This document shows, piece after piece, positions 26,167 through 34,700 of a stretch of DNA of 64,000 nt. Source of the stretch: an uncultured Alphaproteobacteria bacterium. Its GTDB lineage: Bacteria > Pseudomonadota > Alphaproteobacteria > Rs-D84. The position numbers and the translations under genes are program-made. Under the pieces are notes generated by a model. The model was not told the DNA's origin. It saw only the letters and a list, made by a program, of their open reading frames with translations, and did not search any database. The first letter of the stretch is position 1. Each line of letters opens with the position of its first letter. Where the stretch lies: positions 322,246 to 386,245 of the forward strand of contig CAMORN010000001.1 of NCBI GenBank assembly GCA_946623825.1, read 5' to 3'.

Positions 26167-27096
26167 ATGTATGAAGTAAAAAGAGAGATTTTAGATTCAT
26201 TTTGTCTTGCTCAAAACCCATTGGCAGCAGAGCGAGATTATATTGAATGCAATATATTGAATCAAATTTTTCAATTCCCATATTTTTGTAATAATTTTGT
26301 GTTCACTGGTGGTGGTACAATATCCAAAATTTATCACATGGGAAACAGAATCAATCAAGATATTGACTTGGCGTGCTTTGATTTCAAGGAAGTTGTTCCA
26401 ACACGCAGTGTCGGTCAATTGGGTAAATTCAAAAGCAGATTTAGAGATTATATTTTTACTGAATTGAAAGAAAAAATTGAAACAGGTTTAAGTGAATTTG
26501 GTAAATTCCAAATCATTACAGATGCACAATGGCGTGCAGAACGTCCTGAATTACCAAGACATTCTACATCAACATTGCATATTCAATATGCTTCTATGGT
26601 AAATCCAAAATTGAAAGATTACATCAGTATTGAATTTATTCCACGTCATTACAGTTCTGATAAAATTAAATTTAATTCTGTTGTTCCTTATTCAATCAAA
26701 GAAAGCGAAGTATCAACAAAAATACCAAACATTAAATTTGAACAGACTTTCTGGGATAAAATATATGCGTTATATTCTATAAATAAAAACGTTGTTTCGA
26801 GAGATGGTTTATCCAGACATTTTTATGATGTGATTCATATTGTTCCGTATGTAACATTGGAAGAAACACAAAATATGTTCTGGGATACGGTTGAATATCA
26901 AAAATTATACACAACTAAAAACCTGCAAATGCCGAATAAAACATCTGGTTTAGATATTGTTCCAGACACAGAAAAATCACAGGTCTTGGAACAAGATTAT
27001 AGTGCTAACAAAGACCAATATATGACACCAATTGTTCCGTGGGAATATATTATGTTGGGCACAAATCAACTGCAACAAAAAATAAGGGGGCTGTAA
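26167..27096 (+). CDS. AbiEii/DUF1814-like nucleotidyltransferase
   Basis: FVFTGGGTISKIYHMGNRINQDIDLACFD (pattern lkGGTaL...R.S.DiDf) and a C-terminal WDKIYALYS...LSRHFYDVIHIV (K..Al..R...RDlyDl). Confidence 0.65.
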   Translation: MYEVKREILDSFCLAQNPLAAERDYIECNILNQIFQFPYFCNNFVFTGGGTISKIYHMGNRINQDIDLACFDFKEVVPTRSVGQLGKFKSRFRDYIFTELKEKIETGLSEFGKFQIITDAQWRAERPELPRHSTSTLHIQYASMVNPKLKDYISIEFIPRHYSSDKIKFNSVVPYSIKESEVSTKIPNIKFEQTFWDKIYALYSINKNVVSRDGLSRHFYDVIHIVPYVTLEETQNMFWDTVEYQKLYTTKNLQMPNKTSGLDIVPDTEKSQVLEQDYSANKDQYMTPIVPWEYIMLGTNQLQQKIRGL

Positions 27097-27097
27097 T

Positions 27098-27616
27098 ATG
27101 GTATATGTATTTTCAGACCCTCATTTTTATTCAGAAAGAATTATCAAGGTTGCAAATCGCCCATTTCATTCTGTTGAAGAAATGAACGAAACAATAATAA
27201 AAAACTATAATCTGGTTGTGCAAAAACAAGATGTTTGTTATTGGTTGGGCGATATTATGTATGATGCATCAAAAGAAAAAGTTCATGAAATATTGGGTCG
27301 TATGCACGGTCGTAAATATCTTATTCGTGGCAACCATGATATGAATCATTCTGAAACATGGTGGAAAGCAGCCGGATTTGATAAAGTTTTTTCCCATCCT
27401 ATTTATGATACAGAAAATCATGCAATATTATCACACGAACCATTGCCAGAATTTGGCAGTGTCCCAGGAATCGTAAATTATCACGGACATATTCATATAA
27501 ACGGTTATGATTTTCAAAATCATCAAAATTGTATAAATGTCTGTGTGGAAATGACCGATTATAAACCTGTTCCGTTAATTAATCCTTTGTTATTACAAAA
27601 GCAAAATACAAAATAA
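27098..27616 (+). CDS. Calcineurin-like metallophosphoesterase (172 aa)
   Basis: VFSDPHF, WLGDIMYD, IRGNHD, ILSHEP, YHGHIH metal-binding motifs in canonical order. AAGGGGG RBS. The start lies 1 nt after the NTase stop. Confidence 0.8.
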   Translation: MVYVFSDPHFYSERIIKVANRPFHSVEEMNETIIKNYNLVVQKQDVCYWLGDIMYDASKEKVHEILGRMHGRKYLIRGNHDMNHSETWWKAAGFDKVFSHPIYDTENHAILSHEPLPEFGSVPGIVNYHGHIHINGYDFQNHQNCINVCVEMTDYKPVPLINPLLLQKQNTK

Positions 27617-27646
27617 TAAAAAACTGCCCATACGGACAGTTTTTAT
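27617..27646. terminator. Bidirectional terminator
   Basis: A-run, ACTGCCC-ATAC-GGACAGT (one mismatch), T-run, between convergent genes. Confidence 0.55.
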
Positions 27647-27665
27647 TTTATTCAGACAAACTGAA

Positions 27666-28052
27666 TTAGTCTTCAGATTTATTTGCGTTAGCAGACAAAT
27701 CTTCAACAATACGAGCCTTTTTACCAGACAAACCGCGTAAGAAGAACAATTTAGAACGGCGGACTTTACCAACACGTACTTTTTCAATCTTTTCGATTGC
27801 TGGGCTATATAATGGGAATTTACGTTCTACACCAACGCCATAAGATTCACGACGTACTGTGAAAGATGCGTTGTTTCCGTTTCCACCATCGCGTGCAATA
27901 ACAACACCTTCAAACATCTGAATACGGAATTTGTCCCCATCTTTAATTTTAACATGAACTTTAACAGTATCACCGGCTTTGAAAGCAGGGATTTTTTTGT
28001 CGCCTTTTAATTTAGCAACTTGTTCTTGTTCAATTTTTTGTATTATGCTCAT
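27666..28052 (-). CDS. rplS: 50S ribosomal protein L19
   Basis: [33 protein letters not shown]...[20 protein letters not shown]. Confidence 0.95.
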   Translation of the reverse strand: MSIIQKIEQEQVAKLKGDKKIPAFKAGDTVKVHVKIKDGDKFRIQMFEGVVIARDGGNGNNASFTVRRESYGVGVERKFPLYSPAIEKIEKVRVGKVRRSKLFFLRGLSGKKARIVEDLSANANKSED

Positions 28053-28053
28053 T

Positions 28054-28728
28054 TTAGTTTTCCTTTATTAAATCCGGACGACGTTCTTTTGTTATTTCGT
28101 CCGATTGTTGTTTCCGCCACCGTTCGATATTGCCATGGTGACCGGACAGCAGGACTTCTGGGACTTTATGTCCACGCCATACTGACGGACGGGTGTATAA
28201 TGGCCATTCAAGCCCGCCGATTTCGAAACTTTCATTTTGGACGGCTTCTGCACCGCCACCTAATACATTATCTAATACGCGAACCGTACTGTCAACAAAA
28301 ATTTGCGCAGCAATTTCGCCACCAGATAAAACATAATCTCCGACAGATAATTCTTCTATGTCATATTCATCGATGACGCGTTGGTCTATGCCTTCGTATC
28401 TGCCACAGAGCAGGGTTATTGTATCATATTTTGCATATTCATGCACTAATTTTTGATTTAATTGTTTTCCGCGCGGTGAAAAGAATATGATTTTACCCTT
28501 GTTTTCAATAGAATCCAGCGCATTTCCCAGAACATCAGGGCGCATAACCATACCGGCGCCACCACCAAATTGTTCGTCATCAACACTGCCGTAATTGTTT
28601 ATAGCAAAATCACGGATATTGATTGCATTATATGACCAAATTCCTTTTTCCAGTGCACGACCAACAACCCCTTTATCAAGGGTTCCTGGAAACATTTCTG
28701 GAAAAACAGTCAATATATTAAAATGCAT
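28054..28728 (-). CDS. trmD: tRNA (guanine37-N1)-methyltransferase
   Basis: Trimmed to ATG 28728. [15 protein letters not shown]..., [25 protein letters not shown]. Confidence 0.93.
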   Translation of the reverse strand: MHFNILTVFPEMFPGTLDKGVVGRALEKGIWSYNAINIRDFAINNYGSVDDEQFGGGAGMVMRPDVLGNALDSIENKGKIIFFSPRGKQLNQKLVHEYAKYDTITLLCGRYEGIDQRVIDEYDIEELSVGDYVLSGGEIAAQIFVDSTVRVLDNVLGGGAEAVQNESFEIGGLEWPLYTRPSVWRGHKVPEVLLSGHHGNIERWRKQQSDEITKERRPDLIKEN

Positions 28729-28729
28729 A

Positions 28730-28921
28730 TTATTTTCCGTTAATTGCGTGTTGTTTGATACAAAAATCACAAACTTCTTTGATTATATTATCCAATTTAA
28801 ATGTAGAATCATATGATAATTCAACACCATGTAATGCTTGATATACCAAAGATCTCCGACATACAATATCTGGGTTAGATTTTTGTGGACATTTTTTAGT
28901 TGTGGTTCCGTCTATAAACAT
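28730..28921 (-). CDS. Possible small Cys-containing protein (63 aa)
   Basis: ORF exactly fills the gap between the 146-aa ORF stop (28939) and the trmD ATG (28728). ATG start. No known motif. Confidence 0.35.
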   Translation of the reverse strand: MFIDGTTTKKCPQKSNPDIVCRRSLVYQALHGVELSYDSTFKLDNIIKEVCDFCIKQHAINGK

Positions 28922-28938
28922 TTTATCAAGCCCTTATA

Positions 28939-29379
28939 TTATCTGTCGTTATATTTTTGTCTGGAAAGTCCTAATTCATATCTTTCTTTCCTAACTGCTT
29001 CAACTTCTTCCAACAAATCTACAATATTGGTTGATTTATATGGGTATCCAGCAATTGCATTTGAATATGGACGTTCGCTTAAACTGTATGTTTTAATTTG
29101 TGATTCAAAATAATCTTTGACTTTTTTTCTGACCATCGGCGCCTTGATAGGAAACCGATATGTTAAATCTATTAAATCGCAAACCAGTCCGCGTTTTGAA
29201 TATACTTTATTTAAATGTTCTTCTAAATAAGAATGAATTTCGTAATATCTTACAGATTTTTTCTTGTCGATAAGGTCAGGGTATTTTGCCAACTGGTTGT
29301 CTGCAAACTGCATAACAGATTTTATGGTGTTTTTGAATTTTTTGTCTGCTAAAGTCCCATTTATTTCAAAATTTAACAT
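28939..29379 (-). CDS. Hypothetical protein (146 aa) inserted between rimM and trmD
   Basis: Clean ORF 1 nt downstream of the rimM stop. No recognisable motif. Confidence 0.55.
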   Translation of the reverse strand: MLNFEINGTLADKKFKNTIKSVMQFADNQLAKYPDLIDKKKSVRYYEIHSYLEEHLNKVYSKRGLVCDLIDLTYRFPIKAPMVRKKVKDYFESQIKTYSLSERPYSNAIAGYPYKSTNIVDLLEEVEAVRKERYELGLSRQKYNDR

Positions 29380-29380
29380 A

Positions 29381-29842
29381 TTATAAAACCTTTATCGTTT
29401 TATTGTTTAAATCTACAATGGCACCTGCAAACGCGACCATATCACCGTTATCCAATTCAATTATATCGCCACCACCAAAATTTTGAAAACAATCAACTGT
29501 CCCAATTTTTTTATTATCACGAATAACATCAAAACCAATTAAATCAGATTGATAATATTCGTTGTCTTTCAATTTTGGTAAATCATCACGCGATATAAAC
29601 AATTCTACGCCACGTAATGTTTCAATGGCGTTTCTACTGTCAAAACCATCGATTTTTGCGATTATAAGTCCAGATTTTAAAACGCGAACAAAATGAAACT
29701 GTTCAGAATTGAATTTTGTAGAAATAATATGGAATTTTTGAAAATCTTTTTCTGATTCAGAATATGTTTGCACACGGCATTCACCACGAATACCCTGAGG
29801 TGCAACAATTTTTCCAACCAAAATTTTGTTTTCCGTATCCAT
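29381..29842 (-). CDS. rimM: Ribosome maturation factor RimM
   Basis: ILVGKIVAPQGIRGECRV N-terminal signature, C-terminal PRC-barrel-like half, and position in the rpsP operon. Confidence 0.85.
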   Translation of the reverse strand: MDTENKILVGKIVAPQGIRGECRVQTYSESEKDFQKFHIISTKFNSEQFHFVRVLKSGLIIAKIDGFDSRNAIETLRGVELFISRDDLPKLKDNEYYQSDLIGFDVIRDNKKIGTVDCFQNFGGGDIIELDNGDMVAFAGAIVDLNNKTIKVL

Positions 29843-29845
29843 TAT

Positions 29846-30154
29846 TTAACCACGTTGTCTGGTTTTGTGCTCTGCACACAAAGATTTAAGATTCATTGGA
29901 CAACCATCAAACATATTGCCACAAGTGTGAAACATATAATTTTTACCTTGCTTGGCATATAATTTAACAGCATTGGTCCATTCGTCTAAAATAATTTGCT
30001 TTTCAACACACCATTGGTTGTTGAAAGGGCACATTGTTTCGCTTTTATTATTATCAGGTCTAGCAAACACAATAGGGCTAAGACGCAGCAAAATACCATT
30101 TGTTGCAATTCTCGCTGTTTTAGTTTCTGGTAAAACATATGATTTCTTCTGCAT
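29846..30154 (-). CDS. Hypothetical Cys/His-rich protein (102 aa) inserted between rpsP and rimM
   Basis: Clean ORF 3 nt upstream of rimM. MCPFNNQWC...FHTCGNMFDGCPMNLKSLCAEH suggests metal binding. Confidence 0.5.
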   Translation of the reverse strand: MQKKSYVLPETKTARIATNGILLRLSPIVFARPDNNKSETMCPFNNQWCVEKQIILDEWTNAVKLYAKQGKNYMFHTCGNMFDGCPMNLKSLCAEHKTRQRG

Positions 30155-30233
30155 TTTGTTAGCCTTGTTTTTTTATCAACAGAAAATTATACTTGGTGAG
30201 TTTCCCCACCAAGTATTCAAGATTACAAAATTA

Positions 30234-30704
30234 TTATTCAGCAACAGCTTCTGTTGATGCTTCTTCAGCAGGGGTTTCAGTTTCTGCAACTGGTTCTTCA
30301 GCTGGTGCTTCTGCGGCTGCTTTTGCAGCGGCTTCTGCTGCAGCTTTTTCTTCTGCTATTTTAGCCAATTTTTCAGCTTTATCTTTAGCCTTCATTTGTG
30401 TTTTTTCAGAAGGTTGATTTTTCTTTGTTTGTGTTGGAATTGGTTTTGCAGCAACCAAACCAGCGTTTACCAAGAATTTGTAAACACGGTCAGATGGTTT
30501 TGCACCTTTACCCATCCAAGATTTAATTTTTTCAATATCTAAAACAACGCGTTTTTCGTCGTCTTTTGCCAACATTGGGTTGTATTTACCAACTGTTTCT
30601 AATATAGCGCCTGAATTACGTGCATTGCGAGAATCTGTCACAACGACATGATAATAAGGGCGTTTTTTTGCACCATAACGTGCCAATCTGATAACTGTTG
30701 CCAT
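30234..30704 (-). CDS. rpsP: 30S ribosomal protein S16 with Ala/Glu/Lys-rich C-terminal extension
   Basis: Trimmed to ATG 30704 (AAGGAGC RBS). MATVIRLARYGAKKRPYYHVVVTDSRNARNSG. The tail reads KAAAEAAAKAAAEAPAEEP. Confidence 0.93.
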   Translation of the reverse strand: MATVIRLARYGAKKRPYYHVVVTDSRNARNSGAILETVGKYNPMLAKDDEKRVVLDIEKIKSWMGKGAKPSDRVYKFLVNAGLVAAKPIPTQTKKNQPSEKTQMKAKDKAEKLAKIAEEKAAAEAAAKAAAEAPAEEPVAETETPAEEASTEAVAE

Positions 30705-30754
30705 AATTTTGCTCCTTGTTTTTTTGTTATCTTGTTTTCCCCGAAAATTGCACA

Positions 30755-30796
30755 TAAAAAAACCAACATCAAGAGCGAAACTCGCCGGATGATGTT
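30755..30796 (-). promoter_or_regulatory. Terminator-like hairpin plus U-run inside the rpsP 5' leader (possible attenuator)
   Basis: Minus strand AACATCA-(18 nt)-TGATGTT followed by GGTTTTTTT, lying between the candidate promoter (30857-30885) and the rpsP ATG. Confidence 0.3.
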
Positions 30797-30856
30797 CCTT
30801 GCACATACCGTGCACAGGGGGTATAGAAATGGCAATCTTTTGGGATTTGCAGGGAT

Positions 30857-30885
30857 ATTATGTATTATTTTTTTCTAAAAGTCAA
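30857..30885 (-). promoter_or_regulatory. Candidate sigma-70 promoter of the rpsP operon
   Basis: Minus strand TTGACT (30885-30880), 17-nt spacer, CATAAT (30862-30857). Confidence 0.4.
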
Positions 30886-30898
30886 ATATTTCTTGGGT

Positions 30899-31522
30899 TT
30901 AACAGCCGTAACAACGACAACAACGGTTCTTGTGGCACCAAGAATCTTGTTTTCTTAACCCAAAATGTGCAGGTTTGTATTTGTGTTCCATATCAGGTGC
31001 AACTTGAAAATCTAAGGTTATCGTTATTTTGTATTTTTTGTCACCTTTCTTTTGATGTTTTGTGCGATATACAGGTTTGGTGTCGCGTCTGGCATTGCAT
31101 ATTTTGTGTGTTGGTTGCATATTCGACATATCATAGCTGCCACCTTGAGATTTTGGTTTCATATGATCCCATGTGAACGACATCTGGTCTGATTGTTTTT
31201 CGTGTTTTAATTCATAAGTGCTGATTTTAATTGGCTGACCACACAATTTACAAACTGGATAAAATTCATAATCGCCCATAATAGCATATATTTGTTTCAT
31301 AGTTCTGCGATTTATAATGTTGTTCACATGGTCCATTTTTGTTAGATCAGATATAATCTTTTTAATTTCTTTTTTTATATCTATAAAAAAGAAAAACGCA
31401 CCAGTTTTTTTGCTGTGTGCGTTCGTAAGTGTGCAGAGCAGTTTTTTTAGATGTTCTTTATCCATACAGTTGGAAAGGGCACTTACATTGTGTAAAACCT
31501 GACGAATTTCATTGTTAGTCAT
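30899..31522 (-). CDS. HNH endonuclease-domain protein with Cys-rich tail
   Basis: CKLCGQPI ... FTWDHMKPKSQGGSYDMSNMQPTHKICNARR (C-x2-C ... DH..P.s.GG...N...H..CN). The C-terminus reads CHKNRCCRCYGC. Confidence 0.7.
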   Translation of the reverse strand: MTNNEIRQVLHNVSALSNCMDKEHLKKLLCTLTNAHSKKTGAFFFFIDIKKEIKKIISDLTKMDHVNNIINRRTMKQIYAIMGDYEFYPVCKLCGQPIKISTYELKHEKQSDQMSFTWDHMKPKSQGGSYDMSNMQPTHKICNARRDTKPVYRTKHQKKGDKKYKITITLDFQVAPDMEHKYKPAHFGLRKQDSWCHKNRCCRCYGC

Positions 31523-31660
31523 AATAAAAAATCCTTAATATCACTTCATTGTAGATTCTGACACAAACCGCGCTAAAACAAAAGAATAAAAAATACAAAT
31601 ATGTACTTTAATAACTAGATTTTTATTTTGAAATGATATACAATTACAGTGTGTACCCAC

Positions 31661-31734
31661 GCGGGCGTGGTATAATGGCAGAACGAAAGCTTCCCAAGCT
31701 TTAGACGAGGGTTCGATTCCCTTCGCCCGCACCA
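31661..31734 (+). tRNA. tRNA-Gly (anticodon CCC), encoded CCA
   Basis: GCGGGCGTGGTATAATGGCAGAACGAAAGCTTCCCAAGCTTTAGACGAGGGTTCGATTCCCTTCGCCCGCACCA. Acceptor GCGGGCG/CGCCCGC, anticodon loop TTCCCAA. Confidence 0.9.
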
Positions 31735-31738
31735 AGAT

Positions 31739-31775
31739 AAAAAAACAACCGGCGTTTTGCCGGTTGTTTTTGTTT
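31739..31775. terminator. Bidirectional terminator (tRNA-Gly and the giant gene)
   Basis: A-run, ACAACCGGC-GTTTT-GCCGGTTGT, T-run. Confidence 0.7.
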
Positions 31776-31786
31776 AAAATTGATTA

Positions 31787-34700
31787 TCAGAACACAGATG
31801 CGTCGTGGGCATTATATCTGTCACCACCGTATTCAACATGCATTTTACGTGATGAATCCTTGTTTATCGGAATTTCCGGATCTTTCGTCAACATTATGTA
31901 ATATGGAACATTGTTTTTGTGTATAACCATTGCAGGGTGGGTTGTCTGTTGTTCGTACATACATATTCTTTCGTTGCCGACACGCAGCCATTTGCCAGAT
32001 TCGCAAACGAATTCCCATATAGCGTATAAAGTGATTTCTGTTTCGTTATATGGTGGGTTTTCAGTCATTTTATTTGTGAAAGAAATCACATCACTGTCTG
32101 CAGATTTTGACCAGCCCAATAATCTATAACCAAATCTATTTATTTCGGTTTCTTTGTTATTTCTGATGTCGCAATTATAATCATCATATTCACAAACAAC
32201 ATCGTTTTTGAATCCGTTTCCACCATTTGCATCAAATTTCACAGTAAATGTATTATAACGCCAGTTTGCATAACAAGAAATCACTGTCCCTGTATCTTCA
32301 GCCCAAGAAATGTTTTCTGTGTTTATACTATAATTCTTTATCTTGCTCTTATATGCGTTGCTGACACAAGACCAACCATTAAATACTTTATCTTCTGCAT
32401 CAGGACATTCGGATAACGAATTTTTATAATTTCCAAGATTAAAGTTTTCACCATAACTGATTTGTTCATATCCGACAAGGTCTAATTTTTCATCGTTGCA
32501 ATAGACATTATAATCTAATTTGCTCTTTTCATAATAGCCGTATACGTCCAGCATACCGACAGTCAAAACATCGTTTTCTTGGTCTGCATAATCAACACCA
32601 TTTTCGTCTTGCCATGTTTTGAAAGCATAACCTTCTACATATTGAGGCCATATTTCTGAAAGAGGTATGCCATTTATATATTCTGCAATATATGGAACAT
32701 CTAATTCTTCTGTTTCATCGTTTATATTGTTGTGTACAGTGATTGTTGTAAAGCAATCATCAATAGATGTTAAACTGCCTTCTATGTAATTAGGGAACAA
32801 ATCAGGACATTTTTTACACGCTATTTCGCGTCTGTCATAATATTCATCGTCAGCACATGTGAATTCGCGCCATTGTGCGTGTAAATATACTTTATCATTG
32901 TCTACTTCGGTCAAATATTGTATATCCCCATCTGGACCGATGCTTGTCATGTCGGCAATGATATCTTCGTCATTGCATTCTGCAGTGTACATGTTTCCTT
33001 GACACCAACCAATGAAAGTGTTCATTTGTTTTGTGAATGGATTTTTTATCAATTGTTTTGTTTCACCATAATTGAAAGATTGTGTAGAAGTTCTGTTCGG
33101 TACACCGCTGTTAGGTCTAAAATACACTGTGTATTTTATAGGTCTACATTTATTTTGTGTAAGCGATGTTTCTTCGCCAGTTTCTGAATCTATAACAAAG
33201 GTTTCATCAACAACATATCCAACAAGGCAATTTGTGTCTTCTATGATACAATTTTCAGGTATTCTGGACGGTTCGCCATTTAATATAGTCCAAGAATCTT
33301 CCACTTTAAATTTACAAGATATCGCAGGTGATGTACATTCTGGCGGTGTGGTGCCACAGTTTTCTATATTATAACACTGTGATACAGATGTCGCCCCATC
33401 TGGTGCAAAAGGATAAGCATCTGGACAGGCAATACATGTATTTGTCGCACCGTCAAAATATTGACCTTTTTCAGCAGAATCAAGACCTGTTATACATTCT
33501 GGTTCTTCCCATTGTGCAACACAGTTTATTGATGTTAATGTCATATCTGGAACAATAGATGTTGCGGTATTCGTAAACGCGGCACCAGTATCACAAATCC
33601 AGCCAGTAAATCTGTATGTACCATATTTGTTTTCACAAGTATTTACACTTGGAATAGATATTGTTTGACCTGTCTTTTTTGTGCCAGAAACAATTAAATC
33701 TGAATTGTCTGAATCACAATAGAACGCATAATTCAAATCTAACTGGTTCCATTGGGCATACAAATTCAAATCAGTATAGAATGTTTTTTCTATTGTGTAT
33801 GGTTTATGATAATTTTGTTCATCGCATATTTCAGAAGAAACACACCAACCAGTAAATTCATAACCGTCTTTTATAGGGGTGCTTATTTGATATTCTTCGT
33901 CTATTTGATATGTGCTTGGATGTACAGGGCCTGTCCAATTAGTTATTTCAACACTGCCGTCGTAATATTTTACATTATATGTATCTTTGTGCCATTGTGC
34001 GTATAAATGTTCGGTTGCACCGTCTGTCGTTGATAAATGTGCAACATCTCCATCTGGGCCGACCACAGCACCATTTGTGATTATCGTATCACAGGTTTCG
34101 GCACCATGACACCAACCATCAAAAATATAACCATTTCTTTCAAATGTATTTAAATTCAAGTTAGTGTTTGTGTCATATACAAATAATTGATTTTCCATCT
34201 GTATATCGTTTGTGTTACTGTTACCATGGAATTCAACTGTATATGTTATAGGTTCACACACACCGTTGTTTTCTTTATAACCAACAGTGCAATTTGTAGC
34301 GTTAATTTGACAGCGACCATCTATATCAGTTGTTTTTGGATAATATACATTCCATGTTGTATCACCAATATATTCACAACTGGTCGCTTTTGGATGAACT
34401 TCATTACATTTTTCAATTGTTAATGGTAATGGATTGCAAGATTCTTTTTTATAACAACCATTTGCTGAATTTGTATCTGTATCAGAATAACCATATCCAT
34501 CAGGACACTGATGACAACTGTTAGTAGCCGTGTCAAAATATTCAGCAACTGTATCATTATTACCAACAGAACAATTTATTCTGTTCCATGTTGCAGTCCA
34601 TGTCGTTGTAAATTCTGACATGTTTCTTATATTTGCTATGAATGAATCAGTGTTTACAAAAAGACCGTCTTTATTAACTGTTTCTGTTAAACCAGAATCA

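Noticed and set aside
30193-30417. 74-aa Ala/Ser-rich ORF on the plus strand.
   Set aside because: It is antisense to the Ala/Glu-rich C-terminal extension of S16 and is a compositional artefact.
30705-30815. N-terminal 37-aa extension of the rpsP ORF (MHGMCKEHHP…).
   Set aside because: S16 begins at MATVIRLARYG, with an AAGGAGC ribosome-binding site in front of ATG 30704. The extension covers the leader hairpin.
31541-31735. 64-aa minus-strand ORF.
   Set aside because: It lies antisense across tRNA-Gly(CCC), and the tRNA explains the sequence.
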